The translations under genes were made by a program, and so were the position numbers. From Octopus vulgaris (Eukaryota): a stretch of DNA of 64,000 bases. The notes under the pieces were generated by a model that was given only the letters and a program-made list of their open reading frames with translations, was not told the DNA's origin and did no database searches. The stretch spans positions 47,802,001 to 47,866,000 of the forward strand of contig OX597817.1 in the NCBI GenBank assembly GCA_951406725.2. The letters are read 5' to 3'. Shown here in pieces: positions 52,175 through 64,000 of this stretch. The first letter of the stretch is position 1; each line of letters begins with the position of its first letter.

Positions 52175-52562
52175 AAGACAGACACTTTCCTCTTCGGCCA
52201 AGCTCTCGTCGACTTTTCAAGTTCTAATAAGGAAGTAGAAGCACTGTCCTCCAATGAATTTGTAAAAGATGGGTGAAAAGGCCTATTCGAAGCACGTACC
52301 TGTAGGCTGAAGAGCATGGAGGAGAGAGGACCACTTGCTATTGGTGATAAGGGTTACTCGGGATCTATGAGGTTTCTTGCCATCAAAGGGTAGAGTTTTC
52401 CCCTTTGGGGAGAATTTCACTATTATAATTCTTTTGTTATTTGGGTTTTATTGTTAATGTAAATTCCTGCTGTTTTTGTTGCTGCTTTTTTTTTTGTTTT
52501 TGGGGGTTTTTTTTTGTCCTTGTACTATTCTAAATGTCGTTGCAGTCCTTTGATAAAATAAA
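52175..52562 (+). mobile_element. Tx1/L1-like LINE 3' remnant
   Basis: LKTDTFLFGQALVDF...ALSSNEFVK parallels 5375-5480, and the following UTR resembles 6040-6180. Confidence 0.5.
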
Positions 52563-53899
52563 TTCCGTTTGAGTACTGGGAGCGATGTAATCGACTGGAC
52601 CCCTCCAACAAAATTTCGGCCAAGCCTTTTCTGAGGCGGCTAGTTAGCAGAATCGTTAGCACAGCAGGTAAAATGCTTAGCGGCATTTCGTCCCGTCTTT
52701 ACGTTCTGAGTTCAAATCCCGGTGATCTCAACTTTGCTTTTCATCCTTTCCGGGTTGATAAAATAAGTACCAGCTGAATTCTGAGATCAATATAATCAAC
52801 TATCCCCTGCCCAAAATTGCTGGCCTTGGGCCAAAATTTAAAATCATCATCATCATCATTATTAAGGCGGCGAGCTGGCAGAGTCGTTAGCACGCCGGAC
52901 AAAGTAAGTGCTTTGTAGCATCTGGTCTGTCTTTACGTTCTGCGTTCAAATTCTGCCAGAGTCGACTTTGCCTTTCATCATTTTGGGGACCGATAAAATA
53001 AGTACCAGTTACGCACTGAAGTCGCTGTAATTGATTGTCCCCTACTCCCAAATAAATTTCAGACCATGTGCCGGTTGTTTGTTTTATTTGTTGTTGCTGG
53101 TATTCTTGTTGTTGCTGTTGTTATTGACGAGCTCGTTGTTGTTGTTATCCGCTTTTGTTTATATTATTATTCTGTTTTGTTTTCAGACAGTTACTAGTTT
53201 ATGAATAAAGCTCTTTTGATGGTTATTAGGTTATAAATGTCAACCAACAAAATATATTTGCTTCTCGTATTCTTTTCACAACAATTTACCAAACAATTAG
53301 AATCTGCTCGGAGAACTCAAACCGGAAATCAAATGTCAGTTCATGACAATTCACAGTTTTCCAGCCTTTCAATCCGACTGCGGGACATCATTAACTATTC
53401 AGCATTTAAGCCAGTCATAACAGGCTCAAATATGCGACCCGTTATATGTTCAAGCTGGCCAGACCCAGCGTTTCACAACTACTACCGTACAAGATCATTC
53501 CAAAAATAAACTTGTTACTCATCGAAATCTCGATGCCATTGAAATGACGCCTGATTAATTCAAAACAATGTGAATAAATAAGCATTTCATTTGATTGAGT
53601 AATGTGAAGGCTGAGGGCTGAAGGATTAAGTTATTCAAAACTACGTTTTGTCTAGTTTTTTTTCTTTCTTCTCTAAAACGTGTAGTCAAAAAAACTTCGT
53701 GGTTTAAAAATCTATGAAATTGAACTTCGTGCTTGAGTCGCTACAGCAATTGTCTCAGTGTCACCCATAAATTAGACTTACTTATCAATTCTCTGTCGAA
53801 TGATAACTTTCGTCTCATTCAAAGCTGTCAAGATTATGAACAACCTACTGTTTTTGCCAGTGTATAAGATGCGCTCTTTTAAAAAAAAAATTAGATATA

Positions 53900-54073
53900 G
53901 GCGCAGGAGTAGCTGTGTGGTAAGTAGCTTGCTTACCAACCACATGGTTCCAGGTTCAGTCTCACTGTGTCACACCTTACGCGAGTGTCTTCTACTATAG
54001 CCTCGGGCCGACCAAAGCCTTGTGGGTGGATTTGGTAGACGGAAACTGAAAGACTCCCGTCGTATATATGTAT

Positions 54074-54137
<64 letters not shown>

Positions 54138-55200
54138 ATACGAGTAGGTCAATTCGGGAAACAACTGCTATGACCTACTTTGCTCGTTTGTAGTCTGAAG
54201 GTCTGGAATCTAAAGTTATTGTCCTTTGTTCTGTCAGATTCACGAAAGAGTAATGAGCTTTGAGGGGACCTTTGGCCTTGTGCCGGTCAAGGAAAGTTCG
54301 AAGAAGCTACCCTATAAAAGGCAGGAACTGTGAGCCTGTGAGGACATTCAGTCGGCAGTTGGGATTGTGTTCAGGCAGTCAGTCAGTCAGTCGGGAACAG
54401 AGCGAGTTGGCAATAGGCAGTTCTGCCTGAGACGGCAACCGGGCAGTTTTTGGCCAGGGACAGCAGTGATACGGACGGTCAGCCAAGAAGGTGGCAATGG
54501 CGAGGGGCAACTACATCATTGAGAACGACAGGCAGACAGTGAGAGGATGAGAGGTTGAGAAAGACATACACAGAGGACTGAGAGCGAAGGAGGGATTACG
54601 GCGGATAGAAGGCACGGCTATTATAGTAGGAATTGTGTAACGGTATGTGTTTGATTGTTGTATTGATGTTGAAATGTAAAAGAATTGATGTGTTGGAAAA
54701 AGAGATCATAAAGGACATTGTGAATTAAGTAAAAGACTTGTTGAAAAGAAAGAACAGTGCTAAAGAGATTATAAAGAACAATGTGTTACAGAGTTGTTGA
54801 TACGTGTTGAAAAAGAAAGAGAAAGACTTTAAAGAACTCTGAACTGATTTGAACATTGTATATTGTATCTGCATGTTTAAATGCTTTGATTTGTTGTATA
54901 CCTGATGTATCTTTGATTTATTTGATGTTGTAATAATTGTTATAAACTGTTGTTAAATGTAAGCCAATTGCCTTCCGCCGTCTCTCTGTATCTCTTCCTG
55001 CTGTTGTTGTTGCTGTTCTCTCCGGTCACCGGTTGCCGTGTTCGCTGCCGCCCTTCTACCCCCACCGAATTATCTCTCTCTCCTTGAGTTCCGTGGCGAA
55101 TTCGCCGATCGATCGGGCCGGTAAATCGTCGTCGCTCGACTTGGTAGGGTCCCGGGTTTTTTTTCCCGAAGAGTTTGAGCGACGGCAGGTGGGATTCCGT

Positions 55201-55283
<83 letters not shown>

Positions 55284-55520
55284 TGTGCGTGTGCGTGTGT
55301 GTGTGTATGTTTGTGTGTCTGTGTTTGTTCCCCCACCATCGCTTGACAACCGATGTTGGTGTGTTTACGTCCCCGTAACTTAGCGGTTCAGCAAAAGAGA
55401 CCGATAGAATAAGTATTAGGCTTACAGAGAATAAGTCCTGGGTTCGATGTGTTCGACAAAAGGCGGTGCTCCAGCATGGCCGCAGTGAAATGACTGAAAT
55501 AAGTAAAAGAATAAAAGAAT
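53900..55520 (+). mobile_element. SINE family A split by a solo LTR
   Basis: 5' half ends in (TA)n at 54135; 3' half resumes with (TA)n(TG)n at 55205. Confidence 0.85.
54136..55204 (+). mobile_element. Solo LTR (about 1.07 kb)
   Basis: TGATACG...CGTAACA termini (TG...CA, short imperfect inverted repeat), TATAAAA at 54313-54319, no coding capacity, flanks ATAT/ACAT. Confidence 0.75.
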
Positions 55521-55802
55521 ATATAAAAAAAAAATCACCATGCATCTAATGCGGTAGTATTACAGATAGAAGACCGAGTCTTGTAGGATAAAGTCTGCTT
55601 GGTACAAAATTTTACTAATAGTAAAATATTGAAAATAAGCCGGAATGTCTCTCTCTATTAGCACAAACTCACGAAAAATTGCTTACAGTACGTTGGCAGT
55701 TATGTAGGAAGATCACATCATTTCATTATACCTCCTTCCTCTGCATACAAAACCTACACCTGATAAATGTCTTATTTTATTTAACGACTGTGTTACCTTT
55801 AA

Positions 55803-56121
55803 CCCGTAAAAGTGCTGGGGTTTGCCCTTACATAGCATGGACTGCTGAGCACATTTTATAAAAATGAGACAACCATGCACACATAAAAAACAAAAATTAG
55901 TTAAGATATCTTCTTAGTATATAATGGTGACAAGTTTTTACATTATCTGAAAAGTCATTAGTTGAACTATTAGTTCTCTTGCATTCTGGGGGTATCAGAG
56001 TGTTTGAGTGACATTAGACCCCATCAAACGCTCATAAATTAGATGCATCTATCTGGGCCACGATCGTGGCCTATCGACCTGTGCCTGGCGGCCACGATCG
56101 TGGCTCGTCGCGCTTTATGTG
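55803..56121. mobile_element. piggyBac-like MITE
   Basis: TTAA at 55799-55802 and 56122-56125, imperfect termini CCCGTAAAAGTGC / GCGCTTTATGTG, two subterminal GCCACGATCGTGGC palindromes. Confidence 0.5.
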
Positions 56122-56408
56122 TTAAGAAGCAGTTTTTTTTAATCATCTAAATGAAAATTTTCCTAGAAAAATGAAAGGAACAGTAAACTTTCATCTGCCT
56201 ATCAACTATTTGCAACGAGTGGCTGACTATAAAACCATAGCGTTGATGCGCCACCCTGGTGTCCGATCATGGTTTATATAAAACATTACAGCCAGAAATA
56301 GGACTTTTACATCCTGCTTGGCTTTTGTCTCGGCCAAAACATAAACGACCGTACAACTGGTCTGAAAGAAGATGAAATTGAAATAATGTACTTCCATAAC
56401 TTACTTTA

Positions 56409-56800
56409 TCTCTCTATATATAAAACTGAAGTTGTCTGTGTATGGCAGGTTTGGTAGCCTTCAACTAACACTATCTCCTCCGAAACCCTGCGGTGCAAGT
56501 TGACCAAAATTGAGAGTATGATAGAAGAAGGCTTGCTCTTCCTTCCGTAGAAGAAAAAAATTCAAATCGGACCATGTGAACACCAAAAATTATTTTCATC
56601 AAAAAGGTGCTTTTTTTCTATGAAAATCCCTATTTTTTACGATTTTTTGACTGCTGTGTCGTCATTTTTCGGTGTATTTCAACCAGAAAAACGTTCACTT
56701 AAAGAGAATAACAAGCTACATAATGCAAAATTTTTACTTTTCAAAAATTCCAATTCTAAAGGGTCGAAACAAACCCGAGCAATGCGGGCGATACTGCTAG
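56409..56800 (+). mobile_element. Non-autonomous Helitron
   Basis: A|TCTCTCTATATATAAAA 5' end; AACCCGAGCAATGCGGGCGATACTGCTAG|T 3' end. Confidence 0.85.
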
Positions 56801-57015
56801 TTTTTAATAAATTTATGGTTTCATGCTAAATTCCAGTATACTATCACAGTATTGTATTTACATGCACAGAATCATATATTTTCCTCTACAAAAATCACTA
56901 TAAAATATCTTTCAATAAGTATATGAAACATACGAAACCTGTGTGTCCCTCTTCACGACACTTGTAAAATAAGGATATGTCTCTTGTGATAGAGCGTCTT
57001 GTAAGTCGACAAATA

Positions 57016-57302
57016 CACCTCCTCGACTTACGACCATCCGCACTTACGACCACAATAATTAAATAATCGGTTTTTGGACGTTGGGCAGCTGCGCGTACGA
57101 TAACAATGGCAGCATCTGGCAACGCAGGTCTCCCTCAGACCCAGACATCCACTGATTGCCACTGTCTCCCTCTTTCAGTCGCTTTTAAGCAACAGATGCA
57201 CGAATGGAAATAGTATTGAAAAATATAAACCCAACATACGACCAGATCAACTTACGACCTGTCAGTTGGAACAAGACTCGGTCGTAAGTCGAGGAGAAAG
57301 TG
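57016..57302. mobile_element. pogo/Tigger-like MITE
   Basis: TIR CTCCTCGACTTACGACC / GGTCGTAAGTCGAGGAG, TA flanks, subterminal ACTTACGACC repeats. Confidence 0.75.
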
Positions 57303-57807
57303 TACGGTAATTCTTGACGATTTGACTTGGAAAAATATTTAAGAAAGCACTTAATCTAGACGCATTAAACATTAGGCTATTAATGCAAAGATGTCACTAT
57401 TGTGGAATGCGAAGATTGACACGAGATTCATTTATGTCTGGACTTGTTAATGATGAAATTCGTAACAAACCATTGGCGATATCAAATCTTAACCTTAAGG
57501 CTATTACACTCCAAACCTTCTGGTACTCAAACGTGCATCTAATAATAATATTTGCTTTCCTCACACCGATCTCTCTTGCTATCAACACTGTAAAAACTGA
57601 AATTTCGGAAGATGAAAATTTAAAAGAAAATCAGTTGGTTTCTATTAAAACAAGATTAAACTTGCAAAACTCAAGCTTTCGGATCTCTAATAATTTGTCT
57701 GACTAATTATTTTGCTTTATTTGGTTGGTTCAAATTCTAATCGTGAGCCATTCGAGGGTACGGTTTTATCCAAGGTTTTAGTATATCATACTATTCAGAA
57801 AGGAACA

Positions 57808-58122
57808 TGTAGCGTAGCTGATATCTTCACTGTTTGAGAGATATATTAGAAATAATCTCGTGTTAGATAACGAAAGACCTACAAATTGGTGACCCCGGAC
57901 AAAGAGCATTGGCAAAAACAGATTCTATTGTGGCGGCTGCAATCGGTTGATGAAATGGCGCGAACCCAGTCAGATTTGTGATTTCGACGTCAGTGAATAA
58001 GCTCCGTCTATCTTTTCACAACTTCGACAGAGGAAGACAATTTTTCATTCAACCGCGTGCTTCTATGCGGTTTTTCCTTTTCAGCTGCTATTTCTAACAG
58101 TGAAGATATCAGCTACGCTACA
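57808..58122. mobile_element. TG...CA element with perfect 27-bp TIR
   Basis: TGTAGCGTAGCTGATATCTTCACTGTT (57808-57834) and its exact reverse complement (58096-58122); no TSD seen. Confidence 0.75.
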
Positions 58123-58259
58123 AATGGATTGAGAGAACAACGGAGATGAGTGTTTGGAGAATGATTTAAAGGTTATCTCAGTACGTTTTGCCAATCACGT
58201 CATGGAAACTGGTAGTATCCGATATACTGCATTTGATTCGTGCACTCGTCTTGTTCATT

Positions 58260-58410
58260 AGAACCGACTGCATACTGAATGAGTGCATGCAAAACAGTTT
58301 CGTCGCCCTGCGCGCCTCTCGGACAGGCTCGGCTGATAGCACTTCTATGCCTGTAGAGTTTATGACGAAGCAGTAATACCATACCCTCGTTCGGTGGCAC
58401 TGCCAGGCCA
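58260..58410 (-). mobile_element. Tx1/L1-like LINE zinc-knuckle fragment
   Basis: RHKLYRHRSAISRACPRGAQGDETVLHALIQY, homologous to 4850-4960. Confidence 0.7.
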
Positions 58411-59194
58411 GGGATTTCTCGAAGTTCTAGGGGTCCAATTTTGACCTATGTATGCTGTAGCTTGCTGTCGATAAATAAACAGCTATGGGATCCAATGCAT
58501 TAATTTGCCCGGGGGCCTTTAATGCTAATAAGGCGGTACTGTCCCCCTTGTACAAAAGTCTATGACCGGCGAAAATTACTCTCCTTCAGAAAGACTGTCA
58601 ACTAATTAATTTTCCTTACGTTTACTGATATGCTCCAGCGTGGAGCTGGTTTAATGACATCATTTCCCTCTCGAGTGAAATTACTGACCGTTCTTTCCTT
58701 AATTGCCTCTCTTAATTAACCTTCTGTATTTCATTTAATGAACGTTAGCAGTAACTCTTACTAGCTTGTTATTGTTGTCTAGCTTTGAGTCGGCTTTGGT
58801 CGAGTAGACTTCTTGATTAAAAGCATTCAATACGATGAGCATTCTGCCAATTTCTCAGGCATAGTGTAACTTCGATGACACCATACTATGAGGGGTTTTT
58901 TTTTCCAAAGAAGGTGAGGACAAGAAAGGAAAAAAGACAAAAAACAAGAAAACAAAACATTTTACAGCAGTGTCAACACCAAGCGGTGTTTTGTCATAAG
59001 TAAACTTTTCAACTTCTAAAGACAAATTCTATCTATCTCTCCATCCATCTATGAAGTTAGCTACCCACCTATCACTCAATCAAGTCCTACCCATCCATTA
59101 ATAGATGGATACATACATATAAAAAAAAACAAAAAAACATGAACAGATAAACAGACAAACAGCAGGTTGGGTGGATGGATGGACACAGATGCTT

Positions 59195-59480
59195 AAATAG
59201 TCAGACAGCAGAGAGCCACCATAAACAGCAGCGTCCCCAAGACAGTTCCCTGAGGTACTCCATTCTCTATTATCGTCTCCTTGGAGATGATTTCATTGGG
59301 TGCCACCACCTGGCTTGTCTTCTAAGAAGTCCTGTAACCACTCTCCCATGTTTCTTTCTATGTTGAGTTACGCGGAGAGAAAATTCTCTCTTATGGTAAA
59401 AAGGTGTAAAAACATCATATCTGTCCAGTGCTGCCCCTGTCGGATACCAGACTCATTTCTAGCTCTTCAGCCGTTATCAG
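59195..59480 (-). mobile_element. CR1-group LINE reverse transcriptase fragment
   Basis: ETIIENGVPQGTVLGTLLFM, the RT GVPQG motif. Confidence 0.7.
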
Positions 59481-59537
59481 TGGGAATTTTTTAAAAAATT
59501 ATATTATTGCAACACAAAGATGATATGAAACAAAATT

Positions 59538-60250
59538 AAGGCGGCAAGTGAGCAGACTCGTTATCACAGCGGACAAAATGCTTAACGGTATTTCGTCCGT
59601 TAAGGTGACGGCGAGCTGGCAGAAACGTTAGCACGCCGGGCGAAATGCGTAGCCGTATTTCGTCTGCCGTTACGTTCTGAGCTCAAATTCCTCCGAGGTC
59701 GACTTTGCCTTTCATCCTTTCGGGGTCGATAAATTAACTACCAGTTACGCACTGGGATCGATATATTCGACTTAATCCGTTTGTCTGTCCTTGTTTGTCC
59801 TCTCTGTGTTTAGCCCCTTGTGGGTAATAAAGAAATAGGTATTTCGTCCGTTAAGGTGGCGAGCTGGCAGAAACGTTAGCACGCCGGGCGAAATGCGCAG
59901 CCGTATTTCGTCTGCCGTTACGTTCTGAGCTCAAATTCCGCCGAGGTCGACTTTGCCTTTCATCCTTTCGGGGTCGATAAATTAAGTACCAGTTACGCAC
60001 TGGGATCGATATATTCGACTTAATCCGTTTGTCTGTCCTTGTTTGTCCTCTCTGTGTTTAGCTCCTTGTGGGTAGTAAAGAAATAGATATTTCGTCCGTC
60101 ATTACTTTCTGAGTTCAAATTCCGTCGTAATCGACTTTGCCTTTCATTCTTTCAGGGTCGTTTAAATAAGTACCAGTTAAGCACTGCGGTCGATGCAATC
60201 GACTTATCCCTCCCTCGAAGTGTTAGCCTTCTACTAAAATTTGAAACCAG
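59538..60250 (+). mobile_element. Two young family B SINEs in tandem inside an older family B-like SINE
   Basis: (G/A)TATTTCGTCCGT present before, between and after the two copies (near 59588, 59839, 60087). Confidence 0.85.
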
Positions 60251-60444
60251 TGTGAAATTAAATTAAAGTATATAGGCGCAGGCGTGGTTCTGTGGTTAAG
60301 AAACTCGCTTTGTAACTATGTTTTCGGTTTCAGTCTGTGCGGCACCTTGGGTAAGCGGCTTCTACTACAGCCCTGCCTGACCAACGCTTTATGAGTGTAA
60401 TTGGTAAATGGAAAATAAGTGGAAGTCTGTCGTATACACACACA

Positions 60445-60795
60445 TTTCATTTTTGTATCTGGTTTGCAAGATCCCTTATATGAATTCGTGTTTTGAAACA
60501 AATTTTGTTGTATCTGGGGAGGGTCAAAGTGCCTTAATATGACACACTCACCGGTTCAATTTCCACTTATTTATTTATTCCAGAAAGCTTTTGCTGCACT
60601 GCAAAAAAAAAAAAAAAAGAGAGAAAAAGAAAAAAGAAAAAGAAAAGGAAAAAATAGTCAAAATCCTTCGATACGATCGCAAATGCAGCGACGACAAAAT
60701 GCTTTCTGGAATAAATAAATAAATAAATAGATGAGTGGAAATCGAACCAGTGCGTGTGTTATATTGAGACATTATGACTCTCACCAGATACAACA
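60445..60795. mobile_element. Hairpin-plus-tail element, diverged, opposite orientation
   Basis: TGGTTTGCAAGAT tail then TTGTTGTATCTGGGGAG...CTCACCAGATACAACAA palindrome, as at 9760. Confidence 0.7.
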
Positions 60796-60810
60796 ATGTG
60801 TGTGTGTGTG

Positions 60811-61079
60811 AAGGCGCGTGGCTTAGTGGTTAGGGCATTCAACTCACGATTGTAAGGCCATGAGTTCAATTCTCGGCGACGCGTTATGTCCTTGAGTAAG
60901 ACACTTTATTTCACATTGCTCCAGTCCATTTCAAAGAGCCAGCCTTGTCACACTGTGTCACGCTGTCACTGAATCTCCCTGAGAACTACGTGAATTGCTC
61001 AGCCACGTTAATTTCACGAGCAAGCTGTTCCGTTGATCGTATCAGCTGGTACCCTCGTCGTCGTAACTGACAGAGTGCT

Positions 61080-61080
<1 letters not shown>
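60811..61080 (+). mobile_element. Chimeric SINE: family D head with family E type-2 tail
   Basis: GGCGCGTGGCTTAGTGGTTAGGG...TTGCTCCAGTCCA then TTTCAAAG.GCC.GCCTTGTCAC...CGTCGTAAC.GAC.GAGTGCT. Confidence 0.7.
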
Positions 61081-61161
<81 letters not shown>

Positions 61162-61284
61162 CCAAGGAAGAGAGGGATGAAAACATCCAATCTTTCACTG
61201 GTTCCACAGTTAAATAACCAATTTTGCAGAGAAAAAAACTTTACATACATGGGTATTATTCAGTGGGTATATAATTTAAAATAC

Positions 61285-61700
61285 GGATCTTTTCGATTTG
61301 AACGGCAGTTTTTAACATAATTTCTAGGTAACTAAAAAATTTTAAACTTCGTATACTGGTAGAATGTGTTTCTAAAACATCTTTTTCTCTTGGCTTTATT
61401 GAGAAAATTCTATAGTTTGTAAGATATTTGTTGTTTTTTCTTAAATTTCTGCAATTTCAACCAATCAATGACGTCCATTGAGGTAAAAAAAACATTCTGT
61501 GCCGTATGAATATGTCCCTCGTTTAAGAAACAGATTGGGTTTATTTACATTTAGGAAAAAAAAAAAATACCCTTCCCCCACCCTTAATCCTAACCCTAAA
61601 AGAGATTGAAATGCAATAGATCGATACTAGGGTCATAATTATGTGTGACAATTTCATATGACACCGCTAGAAAAAACTGCCGTTCAAACCGAAAAGATCG
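61285..61700. mobile_element. GGATC-terminal MITE, subfamily 1
   Basis: Collinear with 34168-34606; TSD TAA(A/T)ATAC. Confidence 0.9.
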
Positions 61701-61730
61701 TAATATACATACACACACACACACACATAC

Positions 61731-62133
61731 GAGTGGCTGTTTGGTAAGTAGCTTGCTAACCAACCACATGGTTCCGGGTTCAGTCCCACTGCGTGGCATC
61801 TTGGGCAAGTGTCTTCTGCTATAGCCCCGGGCCGACCAATGCCTTGTGAGTGGATTTGGTAGACGGAAACTGAAAGAAGCCTGTCGTATATATGTATATA
61901 TATATAAGTGTATGTGAATATGTTTGTGTGTCTGTGTTTGTTCCCCTAGCATTGCTTAACAACCGATGCTGGTGTGTTTACGTCCCCGTCACTTAGCGGT
62001 TCGGCAAAAGAGACCGATAGAATAAGTACTGGGCTTACAAAGAATAAGTCCCGGGGTCGATTTGCTCGACTAAAGGCGGTGCTCCAGCATGGCCGCAGTC
62101 AAATGACTGAAACAAGTAAAAAGAGTAAAGAGT
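61731..62133 (+). mobile_element. SINE family A
   Basis: Near full-length copy. Confidence 0.9.
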
Positions 62134-62192
62134 ACTCATTCAGCGGTGGTGCCCCAGCATGGCCGCGGCCTTCGAGCTAAAACATTTTTTAA

Positions 62193-62255
<63 letters not shown>

Positions 62256-62260
<5 letters not shown>

Positions 62261-62447
62261 AATCGCTAGCTTCTGCACACATTTTTTTCTCTTCGTGTTT
62301 CTTTTCTGTGTATCTTTCTGTTGAAGAGCGTAGGCTCGAAACGTAAAAGACTTGTTTTATTTATATTCCTGAGCGCCATACTAATACAATTGTTTGTTTG
62401 TACTCCACCTGCCTTCGTCTTTTGTTTATTTTCATTAAGCTTCCCGT

Positions 62448-62450
<3 letters not shown>
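62256..62450 (+). mobile_element. Penelope-like pLTR relic between (TA)n tracts
   Basis: T-rich 195-bp insert carrying a minimal hammerhead fold. Confidence 0.6.
62313..62350 (+). ncRNA. Minimal type I hammerhead ribozyme-like motif
   Basis: TCTTT-CTGTTGA-A-GAGC-GTAG-GCTC-GAAA-CG-TA-AAAGA: stem I TCTTT/AAAGA, stem II GAGC/GCTC, palindromic ACGT stem III; one core change from CUGAUGA. Confidence 0.65.
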
Positions 62451-62531
<81 letters not shown>

Positions 62532-62736
62532 TAAACCCCCCTTTTAGTAGAAGGAATAGCTATATCTCTTTGACTGCTATTTCTAAATTCGGTGTGTTGG
62601 TGAGGCAATCCGTTGCTAAACCCTTAATTACTTAGTATTACTTAAATTTTCCTCGAATGGGGCTTTTACATACCGAAATCTACTTGGTGTAATTGATAAT
62701 TATCCCTAATTAATTAATTTCACCCTTTTATTATTA

Positions 62737-62815
<79 letters not shown>

Positions 62816-63311
62816 ATTACAAATAAGAAAATGGAGAAACACATTAGTTGGTTTATCAGCTTTAGGATATTAGATTGTTGACTTATTTAATTATCAAAGC
62901 TACAACCATAATAACATACATATATACAGTAAAAATTCAATACATTTAAGATAAGAATACAAATAGTTATTAAGAAAACATTAATATAAATTGTTTGAAT
63001 CATTTAATGATTGTAACAATTTTAGAGTTTTAGATTTTAGAGTTTGATGTTTTAAATGCCTTTAACATAAAGGAAAAAGAGGATTTAAACGGTCCACAGT
63101 CACTATAGTAAGGGAGGACCATGAATTTCAGTTTCCAGTAGTTTTGTGATTGTAAGGGTTGTAGAAAAACCGTTACGTTTTGTAAGAGGAAGACAAAACG
63201 CAGAATGAAATTATTCGGAGTGCCTTGCACTTTTAAAAAGCAGTCGTTGTGGGCTTTAGAATCCTTTTACTCCGCGTGATAAGCACGTGGGGCTTTACGA
63301 TCTCCTCCCTT

Positions 63312-63348
<37 letters not shown>

Positions 63349-63625
63349 TTATCTCTCTATCTGTCTATCTCAATCTATCAACTTTATCGCTGCCTATCTA
63401 CACAGACACATACACTGCATGCGAACACACATCTAGACAATGACAATTGGAAAATAACCAACACACGTTGGTTGTTTAGCCTGATCTTTTCCTTTTTTTT
63501 CTCCCCTTCCCATTTTCCGCTCTCCATTTTTTATTCTTAAGAAAACAATATTTTGAAAGGTCATATCAACTCTTTCTTCTCCGAGCGTCAACCTCAATAA
63601 TTTCAGCAGTCGTGAACTGATACTC

Positions 63626-63832
63626 TCTCTTTTACTTGTTTCAGTCATTTTGACTGGGGCCATGCTGGAGCACTGCCTTTAGTCGAGCAAATCGACCCCA
63701 GGACTTATTCTTTGGAAGCCTGGTACTTATTCTATCGATCTCTTTTGGCGAACCGCTAAGTTACGGGGACGTAAGCACACCACCATCGGTTGTCAAGCGA
63801 TGTTGAGGGGACGAACTCAGACACACAAACAT

Positions 63833-63907
<75 letters not shown>

Positions 63908-64000
63908 CATATATACGATGGGCTTCTTTCAGTTTCCGTCTACCAAATCCACTCACAAGGCTTTGGTCAGCCCGAAGCTATAGTTGAAGACACTTGCCCA
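63626..64000 (-). mobile_element. SINE family A, running off the window end
   Basis: Tail, body and central microsatellite collinear with other copies. Confidence 0.9.

Overview
AT-rich, repeat-saturated eukaryotic DNA. The SINE and microsatellite repertoire looks like an octopus (coleoid cephalopod) genome; this is an inference and no search was run. One host gene is supported: a minus-strand FAM167-family gene with two coding exons (26939-25779 and 13989-13735, phase-0 GT-AG intron of about 11.8 kb, 471 aa). The protein has conserved N- and C-terminal FAM167 motifs separated by a long low-complexity linker, and there may be a non-coding first exon near 41.9 kb. The rest is mobile-element debris: at least five SINE or SINE-like families (labelled A-E here for convenience), LINE fragments (Tx1/L1-like, RTE, CR1-group, R4/Dong-type), non-autonomous Helitrons, Merlin-, pogo-, mariner- and piggyBac-type MITEs, a solo LTR, Penelope-like relics and very long microsatellites. 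The most interesting signals are: minimal hammerhead-ribozyme folds in Penelope-like relics; a strand-obeying pile-up of (TAA)n-targeted retroelements; a SINE that shares its tail with Tx1-like LINE ends and repeatedly joins to itself at one site; a hairpin-plus-tail element family; and a probable decayed duplicate of the last FAM167 exon. Most ORFs in the supplied track are microsatellite or repeat artefacts. Coordinates were counted by hand and repeat boundaries without a TSD are approximate.
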